DNA of 10,571 bases from a bacterium. Lineage in GTDB: Bacteria; Hydrothermota; 32-111. Where the stretch lies: contig JBFXGO010000042.1 in NCBI GenBank assembly GCA_050239825.1, forward strand, positions 8,164-18,734. The letters are read 5' to 3'. The position numbers and the translations under genes are program-made. The notes beneath the pieces are model-generated. The model saw only the letters and a list, made by a program, of their open reading frames with translations, did not search any database and was not told the DNA's origin. This document shows, piece after piece, positions 1 through 7,782 of the stretch. The first letter of the stretch is position 1. The number at the start of each line of letters is the position of its first letter.

Positions 1-33
1 TACCTGTTATCCCATTCTTCTTTTTAATGTCCC

Positions 34-62
34 TTGACTTGAAAAGATATTTTCTGTATATT
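34..62 (+). promoter_or_regulatory. Putative sigma70-type promoter of the + strand operon
   Basis: TTGACT (34-39), 17-nt spacer, TATATT (57-62), in AT-rich DNA 26 nt upstream of the ATG at 89. Confidence 0.65.
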
Positions 63-77
63 AATAAGATAACATAT

Positions 78-83
78 AAGGAG
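78..83 (+). promoter_or_regulatory. Shine-Dalgarno site for the first CDS
   Basis: AAGGAG at 78-83, 5 nt before ATG 89. Confidence 0.8.
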
Positions 84-88
84 TTTAT

Positions 89-1378
89 ATGAAAAAAGGA
101 AAATTTGCCGTCCTTCTAATATCAGGCATCGTGGCCATAATTATACTGATGTCTATAATTGTCTTTGCCCTTTCACCAAAGCCGGCAAAAACAGACTCTA
201 CCGGTATTAAGGATAAGCTTACAGAGGAGAGAAATAATGCGGCGATAAATCTCGCTTCAGTTATAGCCGCGGCATCCATCGGACCTCTCCTTGATGAAGA
301 TGAAGCTCCGATAATGGAGATGATAATAGCCACTGTCGAAAATTCAAAAGGAATGATTGATTATATTTATGTCATAGATACGGAAAACAATATCTGGGGA
401 GATTCCAAGAACCCCACAAATGTGTTAAAACCCTTCAATGACAGCAGAATAAAAACCCTCACAAATGAAGATCGTCTTATACAGAGCATTGACGACAATC
501 TCTTTGACGCTGGCGTGCCGATAAGAACGGGCAACAAGAAGAGAGGAGAGGTGCACCTCGGTATGAAGAAAATAAGCGATGTTCAGACACCGCAGACATC
601 AAGCGGAAGCCCCGTAATCGGAGTTGCCGCATCATTTGGAGTAGGCCTTGTGGGAGCGATAATCCTTGCAATAATTATGTCAAACATGCTCGGAGGCGGA
701 GGCGGTGAATTTGCATCTCTTAGGTCGGCAAAGATAGAAGAGCTGAGAAAACAAGAGGATGACGCGCAAAGGGCATGCAACAATAAACTTGCTGAAGTCA
801 AAAAGGCGGAACAGCGTCTCGACGAGATGAACAAAAAGATAAAAGAGACAGGAAGCAGGTATGATGAAGTTGACAAAATAATAAGAGAGAGCGATCAGGA
901 AATAGCTGAGAAGAAGAAGCAGATAGAATTTTTCGAGAATAAAATAAATGAGCTCACAGAGAAGCAAAAGTCTCTTAAAGACAATATAGATAAATCAAAG
1001 GGCTCCGATATGAGCAATGAAGAGTTGAAGATGGTCAAGAATCAGGTGGACACATTCCGTCTTCAGCTACAGCAGATTATGAGCGATATTGAGTCAAAGA
1101 GAAATGAAGAGAATTCTTTAAACCAGAAAATTCAACAGCTTAAATCGCAGAGCGCCCAGCTTTCGTCGGCATCTCCCGCCGGCGGAACAGCAGTGAATAC
1201 TGCAGAGCTTGAGCAAAAGAGAAAGGAAGAGATAGAGATAACCCAGCGCATAGTTGCGAAGAGAAAAGAGGAGATAGCTCTTTCGCAGAGAGTGGAGCTC
1301 AAGAGAAAGAAAGAGCTTGAGATAACCGGAAGGATAGAAATGCTGGAAAAGAAGCTGAAGGAAATGGGTAATGGCTGA
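89..1378 (+). CDS. Uncharacterised membrane protein: TM, Cache/PDC-like extracytoplasmic domain, TM, long cytoplasmic coiled coil (429 aa)
   Basis: Strong SD. Basic N-terminus then hydrophobic helix (aa ~6-28). Segments IDYIYVIDTENNIWGDS and LFDAGVPIRTGNKKRGEVHLGM resemble Cache-domain beta strands. Second hydrophobic helix at aa ~176-198, Gly5 linker, then ~220 aa rich in E/K/Q with heptad character. The CDS is certain; the domain call is by eye. Confidence 0.8.
   Translation: MKKGKFAVLLISGIVAIIILMSIIVFALSPKPAKTDSTGIKDKLTEERNNAAINLASVIAAASIGPLLDEDEAPIMEMIIATVENSKGMIDYIYVIDTENNIWGDSKNPTNVLKPFNDSRIKTLTNEDRLIQSIDDNLFDAGVPIRTGNKKRGEVHLGMKKISDVQTPQTSSGSPVIGVAASFGVGLVGAIILAIIMSNMLGGGGGEFASLRSAKIEELRKQEDDAQRACNNKLAEVKKAEQRLDEMNKKIKETGSRYDEVDKIIRESDQEIAEKKKQIEFFENKINELTEKQKSLKDNIDKSKGSDMSNEELKMVKNQVDTFRLQLQQIMSDIESKRNEENSLNQKIQQLKSQSAQLSSASPAGGTAVNTAELEQKRKEEIEITQRIVAKRKEEIALSQRVELKRKKELEITGRIEMLEKKLKEMGNG
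1217..1342 (+). repeat. Three tandem degenerate 42-bp (14-aa) coding repeats
   Basis: KRKEEIEITQRIVA / KRKEEIALSQRVEL / KRKKELEITGRIEM, each unit starting AAGAGAAA at 1217, 1259 and 1301. A related unit, KRNEENSLNQKIQQ, lies at 1097-1138. Confidence 0.75.
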
Positions 1379-1380
1379 TT

Positions 1381-3831
1381 ATGGACTCGAGCAGAAAATA
1401 TATAGAGGAAAAATGGAATTCCAGATGGATAGATCTGGGGCTTCATAAGTATAAGGGAAACAGAGAGAAGAAATTTTACCTTTTGGAAATGTTTGCGTAT
1501 CCCTCAGGCGACCTTCACATGGGTCATTTGAGGAATTATGTCATAGGCGATGTTCTGTGCAGATACAAGCTGATGAAGGGCTTTGATGTGATGCATCCTG
1601 TCGGATGGGATGCCTTCGGTCTTCCTGCTGAGGGAGCGGCTATAAAGAGAAAGGTTGCGCCTGACGAATGGACATTCGGAAACATAAAAGTGTCGTCGTC
1701 AACCCTCAAAAAGATGGGTCTTCTCTATGACTGGGACAGAGAAGTCGTCACATGCAGGGAGGATTATTACAAATGGACGCAATGGCTCTTCATACAGATG
1801 TTCAAGAACAATCTTGCATACAGGAAGAAAGCGAATGTCAACTGGTGCCCCGAATGCCAGACAGTGCTAGCTAATGAGCAGGTTGAGAACGGGGAATGCT
1901 GGAGATGCCACTCTGTTGTTGAGAAAAAGGAACTTGAGCAGTGGTTCTTTAAAATCACGGATTACGCACAAAGGCTTCTTGACGACATTGACACTCTGAA
2001 AGACTGGCCTGAAAATATCAAGACAATGCAGAGAAACTGGATAGGCCGCTCCGAAGGGGTAGTCATTGATTTTGCAATTGAAAATTCAAATGAGAAAGTG
2101 AGTGTCTTCACAACTCGTCCCGACACCATATTCGGCGTTACATTCATGGCTCTTGCTCCCGAGAATCCAATAATAAAAACACTCAAGGTAAATGATTCTA
2201 TCAGAGCTGAGATTGAAAAATACATACACACTTCCGTAAACAAGACAGAGATTGAGCGCCAGTCTACAGAGAAGGAGAAGGACGGCGTCTACACGGGAGT
2301 CAATGCAATAAATCCGCTGAACAATAGCAAGGTGAAGATATTCATTGCAGACTATGTTCTTGCGTCTTACGGCACAGGAGCAGTAATGGGAGTGCCGAGC
2401 CACGACACACGCGATTTTGCATTTTCAAAGAAGTATGGCATAGACCTTGTAGAGGTGATTCATCCGAAGGATAGAGAGTGGGATTTCTCAAATGGCGCGT
2501 TCACCGAAGATGGAGTAATGGTCAATTCAGGCGAATTCAACGGCATAGATTCAACAGAAGCAATGAAGATGATTTCAAATAAAATAGAGAGTGGGAAGAT
2601 GGGTCACAAGACAATTCAATTCAGACTGCGCGATTGGCTTGTATCGCGTCAAAGGTATTGGGGGGCTCCGATACCGATGATACACTGCGATGAATGCGGC
2701 ATAGTGCCAGTGCCCGATGAAGACCTGCCTGTGCTTCTTCCTCCTTCAAATGAAGTTGATTTTACTCCGCGCGGAGAATCTCCGCTCTCAAGCCATAAGA
2801 ACTTCATGTCAGTCAAATGCCCAAAATGCGGAAAAGATGCAAAGCGGGACAAGGACACGATGGATACATTTGTTGATTCTTCATGGTATCAGCTCAGGTA
2901 TACGGATGCGAGAAACGATAAAAGAATATTTGATAAAGACAAAGCCGACGCTCTGCTTCCCGTAGATATGTACATAGGAGGCGCAGAGCATGCAAACGGA
3001 CATCTGATTTATTTCAGATTCATTACGAAGGTTCTAAACGACCTCAAACTGATAAATGCGAATGAACCTGCAAAGGCTCTTTTCAATCAGGGTATGATAA
3101 TGGATTTGAAAGGACAAATAATGTCCAAATCTGCAGGCAATGCCGTTCCGGTCGGCCCTTTCATAGACAAATACGGATGCGATATCGCAAGAGGCACAGA
3201 ATTGTTCATAGGTCCCGCAGGAAGGGATGCAGTATGGTCTGAAGACGGCATCACAGGAATCACAAGGTTCGTTGAGAGGTTCGAGAGATTCTGCTCCTCC
3301 CATATTCCGCGCGGCGCAAAAGATACTCTTCCGGCAACCGACACTGAAAAAACAATCTACATAAAACTCAACAAAACAATCCGTCAGGTTGAGAGGGATA
3401 TTGAAGAGTTCAGCCATAATACAGCTATTGCGGCTCTTATGGAGCTCTTAAACCTTCTATATAAGCATGAAAAAGAGCTTGATGAAACCTTTACACAAAT
3501 GACGGTTGAGAGGATGCTCAGGATAACCGCTCCGTTTATGCCCCATCTGTGCGAAGAATTGTACGAGCCGTGCGGGAAGAAGAAATCAATATTCCTTGAA
3601 GCATGGCCCTCATTCGACAAAAATTTCCTTGAAGACGAGAATATCACTCTTGTCATACAGATAAACGGAAAAGTGCGTTCGCGTGTTGAGGTGCCTTTCA
3701 ATGCATCGGAGGAGGAGGCGTTTTCAGCGGCGATGAATGAAGATGCAGTCAAAAAATACATCGGCTCATCTTCTGTGATAAAGAGAATTTTCGTAAAAGG
3801 AAAACTTTTGAACATCCTTATAAAACAGTGA
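1381..3831 (+). CDS. leuS: Leucine--tRNA ligase (bacterial type)
   Basis: IEEKW N-terminus, YPSGDLHMGH (HIGH motif), GWDAFGLPAE, Zn motif CPECQTVLANEQV..CWRC, CP1 editing motifs FTTRPDT and YGTGAVMGVPSHDTRD, DWLVSRQRYWG, TMDTFVDSSWY, IMSKS (KMSKS equivalent), C-terminal QINGKVR. The exact start is slightly uncertain. Confidence 0.98.
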   Translation: MDSSRKYIEEKWNSRWIDLGLHKYKGNREKKFYLLEMFAYPSGDLHMGHLRNYVIGDVLCRYKLMKGFDVMHPVGWDAFGLPAEGAAIKRKVAPDEWTFGNIKVSSSTLKKMGLLYDWDREVVTCREDYYKWTQWLFIQMFKNNLAYRKKANVNWCPECQTVLANEQVENGECWRCHSVVEKKELEQWFFKITDYAQRLLDDIDTLKDWPENIKTMQRNWIGRSEGVVIDFAIENSNEKVSVFTTRPDTIFGVTFMALAPENPIIKTLKVNDSIRAEIEKYIHTSVNKTEIERQSTEKEKDGVYTGVNAINPLNNSKVKIFIADYVLASYGTGAVMGVPSHDTRDFAFSKKYGIDLVEVIHPKDREWDFSNGAFTEDGVMVNSGEFNGIDSTEAMKMISNKIESGKMGHKTIQFRLRDWLVSRQRYWGAPIPMIHCDECGIVPVPDEDLPVLLPPSNEVDFTPRGESPLSSHKNFMSVKCPKCGKDAKRDKDTMDTFVDSSWYQLRYTDARNDKRIFDKDKADALLPVDMYIGGAEHANGHLIYFRFITKVLNDLKLINANEPAKALFNQGMIMDLKGQIMSKSAGNAVPVGPFIDKYGCDIARGTELFIGPAGRDAVWSEDGITGITRFVERFERFCSSHIPRGAKDTLPATDTEKTIYIKLNKTIRQVERDIEEFSHNTAIAALMELLNLLYKHEKELDETFTQMTVERMLRITAPFMPHLCEELYEPCGKKKSIFLEAWPSFDKNFLEDENITLVIQINGKVRSRVEVPFNASEEEAFSAAMNEDAVKKYIGSSSVIKRIFVKGKLLNILIKQ

Positions 3832-4562
3832 ACTATTTCATAATATGCGAATTCGACGGCAGAGGCTTTGAAGGTTGGCAGAGTCAGCCAAACGGCAATA
3901 CAATTCAGGATAATATTGAAAAAGCTTTAAGCAGAATACTCGGAGAGAAAATAGCAGTAACAGGAGCGGGAAGAACGGATGCGGGTGTCTCAGGATTCAA
4001 CTATCCATTCAACTTCAAAATTGAAAAGAAAATAGATGACAGAAAGAGTTTTTTGTTTTCAGCGAATTCACTCCTCGACAGAAGAATCCTTTTGAAGTCG
4101 ATATCCGTCAAAAACGATGATTTTTCAGCCAGATTTTCATGCAAGGGCAGAATGTACAAGTACTACATGTATAACGGACAACTGAGCCCTCTTAAGAGGG
4201 GAAAGAGTCTGCTGTGGCAGACAAGCTACAAACTTGATTATGAAAAGATGGACAAATTCATCCGCGAATTAAAAGGAAAACATGATTTTTCAACATTCTG
4301 CAGAAAAAAATCTCTGATAGAGAATCCCATGGTCGACCTCAGGGTTTCGCAGATGCAGGTCAGCGGAAAGAAGATTACTTTCACCTTTGTCGGTGATAGA
4401 TTCCTTCATAATATGATTCGTTTCATAGTTGGCACTTCGGTTTATATTGGAAGAGGCAAAATTTCATCATCCGCCGAAGAGCTGTTGACGAGCAAGGATG
4501 TTCACCTTGCCGGGAAATTGGCTCCAGCGGACGGACTGATATTTGGCAAAGCATTTTATTAA
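3828..4562 (+). CDS. truA: tRNA pseudouridine(38-40) synthase
   Basis: [21 protein letters not shown] (catalytic Asp), ARFS...[31 protein letters not shown] start overlaps the leuS stop (GTGA). Confidence 0.96.
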   Translation: MNYFIICEFDGRGFEGWQSQPNGNTIQDNIEKALSRILGEKIAVTGAGRTDAGVSGFNYPFNFKIEKKIDDRKSFLFSANSLLDRRILLKSISVKNDDFSARFSCKGRMYKYYMYNGQLSPLKRGKSLLWQTSYKLDYEKMDKFIRELKGKHDFSTFCRKKSLIENPMVDLRVSQMQVSGKKITFTFVGDRFLHNMIRFIVGTSVYIGRGKISSSAEELLTSKDVHLAGKLAPADGLIFGKAFY

Positions 4563-4568
4563 AGGAGG
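4561..4568 (+). promoter_or_regulatory. Shine-Dalgarno site for tal
   Basis: AAAGGAGG 5 nt upstream of ATG 4574. Confidence 0.85.
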
Positions 4569-4573
4569 ACATA

Positions 4574-5236
4574 ATGAAATTCTTCATCGACACCGCGAAC
4601 ATTGAAGAGATCAAAAAAGCCAACAGCATAGGGCTTCTTGACGGAGTTACAACAAATCCGACTCTCATAGCAAAGGAAATTGAACGCTCCAGAAAAAAGC
4701 CTGCGGAGATACTTGCCGAAATATGCGCAACAGTAAAGGGTCCGGTCTCCGGAGAGGTGATAGCTCTTGATTATGAGAATATGGTCAAAGAGGCTCTTGA
4801 ACTCCACAAGATAGCCGCAAACATAGCGGTAAAGATACCCATGACCGAGGATGGTCTGAGGGCTGTCAGAACTCTGAGCGAAAAAGAGATAATGACGAAT
4901 GTCACTCTTGTTTTCACTCCCGTTCAGGCCGCTCTTGCCGCAAAAGCGGGAGCCACATTTGTCTCACCTTTCATAGGGCGCCTTGACGACATATCTCAGG
5001 AGGGCATAGCTATTGTCGAGGATATTCACACGATATTTGAGAATTACGGATTTGCAACCGAGGTGATAGTTGCTTCCGTGCGCAATCCGGTTCATGTCCT
5101 GCAGTCACTCCTCATCGGGGCTGACATAGCGACAATACCATACTCAGTAATAATGCAGTTAATAAAACACCCGCTCACCGAAAGCGGAATAAAGAGGTTT
5201 TTGGATGATTATAAAAAAGCTCAGGAAATGCTGTAA
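4574..5236 (+). CDS. tal: Short transaldolase of the transaldolase/fructose-6-phosphate aldolase family
   Basis: [19 protein letters not shown] (Schiff-base Lys), NVTLVF, ASVR. SPFIGR (Phe) and SGEV (Glu) are the transaldolase-type residues, whereas FSA has Tyr and Gln. Confidence 0.93.
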   Translation: MKFFIDTANIEEIKKANSIGLLDGVTTNPTLIAKEIERSRKKPAEILAEICATVKGPVSGEVIALDYENMVKEALELHKIAANIAVKIPMTEDGLRAVRTLSEKEIMTNVTLVFTPVQAALAAKAGATFVSPFIGRLDDISQEGIAIVEDIHTIFENYGFATEVIVASVRNPVHVLQSLLIGADIATIPYSVIMQLIKHPLTESGIKRFLDDYKKAQEML

Positions 5237-5828
5237 AGCTTTTCCATTCATTTTTATTTTTTTGATGATTGTTTTTGCGTTTGCGTCATGCCAACCCGCG
5301 GCAGTTGATGACAATGATGATGACGATGACGGAGACTCGCTCTTAATGACCGAAGTCAGAGCGGTAATGGTCAATAACAGGGACTACTACTTTGTAACGA
5401 GCGGAATCTTCAAGGATGCCACAAAGACAATCAGGGGAATAATGTATGATATGAAGTATTATTCCGGAGATGATAATGATGTGATGAAGCTGATTGACGA
5501 GCTTGTCATAGCGGCGGCAAGAGGCGTTGATGTGAAGATAGTACTCGAACAGAGCGACTGGAACGAGGATGTGAGCGCTGACAATTATGAGACCGGCGCA
5601 TACCTTGAGAATTACGGCATTGATGTGAGGTATGATCCGCTAACAGTGACGACCCACTGCAAAACATTCATTGTAGATACCAACCTTGTGCTTGTGGGTT
5701 CCACCAATTGGTCATACTCGGCAGTCAGCTCCAACAATGAAGCAAATGTTCTTCTCGAAGGGCACGAGATAGCCGAGAGTTTTGACAGTTACTTCCAGAC
5801 ACTTTGGAACAATTCCTATAACAGGTGA
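5205..5828 (+). CDS. Phospholipase D/Nuc-family lipoprotein with a single HKD motif
   Basis: SD-like AAAGAGGT (5191-5198). Basic n-region, hydrophobic h-region and lipobox FAS-C29, then an Asp-rich linker. [24 protein letters not shown] (HxKxxxxD, 5655-5678), VGSTNWS and NNEAN are typical of PLD-like domains. Confidence 0.88.
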   Translation: MIIKKLRKCCKAFPFIFIFLMIVFAFASCQPAAVDDNDDDDDGDSLLMTEVRAVMVNNRDYYFVTSGIFKDATKTIRGIMYDMKYYSGDDNDVMKLIDELVIAAARGVDVKIVLEQSDWNEDVSADNYETGAYLENYGIDVRYDPLTVTTHCKTFIVDTNLVLVGSTNWSYSAVSSNNEANVLLEGHEIAESFDSYFQTLWNNSYNR

Positions 5829-5835
5829 GGTCAAA

Positions 5836-7134
5836 ATGATAAAAAGGTATTCAAGGGAGAAGATGGAGAGGATTTGGTCTGATGAAAACAAATTTGAAAA
5901 GTTCCTCTCTGTCGAGCTTGCAGTGCTTCATGCATATTCAAGGAAAGGGATGATTCCCAAAGGCGTCTATGAAGAGGTCAGAAAGAAGGCAAAGTATGAT
6001 ATAAAGAGGGTTAATCAGATAGAGAAAGAGGTAAAGCACGATGTGATAGCCTTTCTCACAGCAGTAAGCGAAAATGTAGGCAGGTACTCAAAGTACATCC
6101 ATATGGGAATGACAAGTTCCGATATGCTTGACACTGCAAATGCTCTGATACTGAAAGATTCGGTCGAAGAGATTACAAAGAATGCTAAGAAATTCAGGAA
6201 CATAACATACTCTCAGGCGGTGAAGCATAAGATGACCCCTATTGTGGGGCGCACTCATGGAGTGCATGCGGAGCCAACATCTGCAGGCCTTAAAATGCTT
6301 GTTTGGGTAGATGACCTTGACCGTTCGATAAAACTTTTTGAAGAGCTTCTTCCGACAATAGCGAGAGGGAAAATATCCGGAGCTGTTGGGAATTATGCAA
6401 ATATAGAGCCCGAAATTGAGAATCTTGCCTTGAAAGAGCTTGGAATAAAAAGGGCTGACATCTCGTCGCAGATAGTGTCAAGAGATGTTTATGCAGATTA
6501 TCTTTACGCAGTATCACGCCTTGGGACGGTCATTGAAAAGATCGCGCTTCAGGTGAGACTTCTTCAGCGCACAGAAACAAGAGAGTTAGAGGAGCCTTTT
6601 ACAAAGGGACAGAAGGGCTCATCGGCAATGCCGCATAAGAGAAATCCTGTTATATGCGAACAGATGTGCGGTCTTTCTCGCGTGTTGAGAAGTAATCTTC
6701 AAAGCGGAATGGAGAATATAGCTCTATGGGACGAACGGGACATTAGCCATTCGTCTGTTGAGAGAATAATTCTTCCGGACTCTTCAATACTGATAGATTA
6801 TATGCTTGATAAGATGTCATTTGTAATAGGCGAACTTTCCGTATATGAGATAAACATGGATATTAACTTTCAGAGGTCTTTCAACCTTTTATTTTCGCAG
6901 AGAGTGCTTCTTGCGCTAATTAAAAAAGGATTATCAAGGGAAAAAGCTTATGCAATAGTTCAGACGATGGCTATGAGGGCTTGGGCAGAAAACTGCGATT
7001 TTAAAAAACTTGTGGCGGAAAACAAAGAAGTAGCAGACCTGCTCAATAAAAAAGAGATGGAATCTCTCTTTGATAAAAAAATCTATCTCAAAAAAGTAAA
7101 CGAGATATTTTCAAGATTCAAGAAGCTTTCCTGA
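5836..7134 (+). CDS. purB: Adenylosuccinate lyase (432 aa from ATG 5836)
   Basis: MIKRYSR start preceded by GAGGT SD (5827-5831), KHDVIAF, HMGMTSSD, GRTHGVHAEP, GKISGAVG, signature GSSAMPHKRNP, ERDISHSSVER. The ORF-track start at 5782 is probably too far upstream. Confidence 0.97.
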   Translation: MIKRYSREKMERIWSDENKFEKFLSVELAVLHAYSRKGMIPKGVYEEVRKKAKYDIKRVNQIEKEVKHDVIAFLTAVSENVGRYSKYIHMGMTSSDMLDTANALILKDSVEEITKNAKKFRNITYSQAVKHKMTPIVGRTHGVHAEPTSAGLKMLVWVDDLDRSIKLFEELLPTIARGKISGAVGNYANIEPEIENLALKELGIKRADISSQIVSRDVYADYLYAVSRLGTVIEKIALQVRLLQRTETRELEEPFTKGQKGSSAMPHKRNPVICEQMCGLSRVLRSNLQSGMENIALWDERDISHSSVERIILPDSSILIDYMLDKMSFVIGELSVYEINMDINFQRSFNLLFSQRVLLALIKKGLSREKAYAIVQTMAMRAWAENCDFKKLVAENKEVADLLNKKEMESLFDKKIYLKKVNEIFSRFKKLS

Positions 7135-7782
7135 GAGCAGAGCAATCTTGGAAATTGATTCTACGGTTTCAAGAGAGTCATAGCACTCATAGAGATTATC
7201 GCCCCGCGATATGAGTCCGTGATTTTTCCACAGCACCACATTGTATTTTTTCATCTCTTCGGAGCTTTTCTCTGCGAGAATGAGCGTTCCGGGCTCCATC
7301 CTTTCCACAAGACCGATACCCTGCGGGAAATAGTATTTAAATTCCGTGTGAGCGGCATCAAGAGTTTTATTTAAATTTTTCTTTGACATTTTATCAGATA
7401 ATGCCAGAGAGTATTTGGGGTGAACATGCAGGATGGCTTTTGTGGCAGGAGTTTTGTTGTATGCAAGAAGATGGCAGAGAATTTCCGATGAGGGCTTTTT
7501 GCTATCTAAAATCTCAAGCTCACTTCCGTTTTTTCTGACCCTAACCCTTGAAATGTACTTCTCGGGAAAGCGCATCAGCTCGTATGTTCTGCTGCCTGAG
7601 GTTGTTATGGCTATTGTAAAGCCGGCAATATTGTTCAGTCTGACAGGAAGAAGCACTCTTTTGAATACTCTTGTCTTGCTCGGTTCGTCTCGAAATGATA
7701 TATTCCCTGAAGCTCCTTCGGAGAGGTCCTTGGAGAATATGTATCCGGCAATATCTTTCAATTCTTCTTTAAATTCTTTCAT
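7111..7782 (-). CDS. Class II (Zn) aldolase, rhamnulose-1-phosphate aldolase (RhaD)-like
   Basis: SGNIS, TSGS, KPSSEILCH, LHVHP (two Zn His), TEFKYYFPQGIG..MEPGT and VLWKNHGL (third His) follow the RhaD pattern. ATGA overlap with the phosphatase stop. Substrate not established. Confidence 0.85.
   Translation of the reverse strand: MKEFKEELKDIAGYIFSKDLSEGASGNISFRDEPSKTRVFKRVLLPVRLNNIAGFTIAITTSGSRTYELMRFPEKYISRVRVRKNGSELEILDSKKPSSEILCHLLAYNKTPATKAILHVHPKYSLALSDKMSKKNLNKTLDAAHTEFKYYFPQGIGLVERMEPGTLILAEKSSEEMKKYNVVLWKNHGLISRGDNLYECYDSLETVESISKIALLSGKLLES

Noticed and set aside
41..54. Imperfect palindrome GAAAA-GATA-TTTTC in the promoter spacer
   Set aside because: Only 5-bp A/T-rich arms and no second copy found, so it cannot be distinguished from chance.
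692..1378. Methyl-accepting chemotaxis or SMC-type assignment for the coiled-coil tail
   Set aside because: No MCP signalling hairpin motif and no Walker A/B motifs; any similarity would reflect generic coiled-coil composition.
1340..1381. T-box or attenuator upstream of leuS
   Set aside because: Only 2 nt separate the upstream stop from the leuS ATG, and no T-box consensus or terminator is visible.
5171..5187. Hairpin CCGCT-N7-AGCGG near the end of tal as a terminator
   Set aside because: 5-bp stem inside coding sequence with no immediately following U-tract, and the downstream gene overlaps tal, implying read-through.
5782..5835. N-terminal extension of purB from the TTG at 5782
   Set aside because: ATG 5836 has a GAGGT SD and gives the typical MIxRY start; the extension overlaps the PLD gene.
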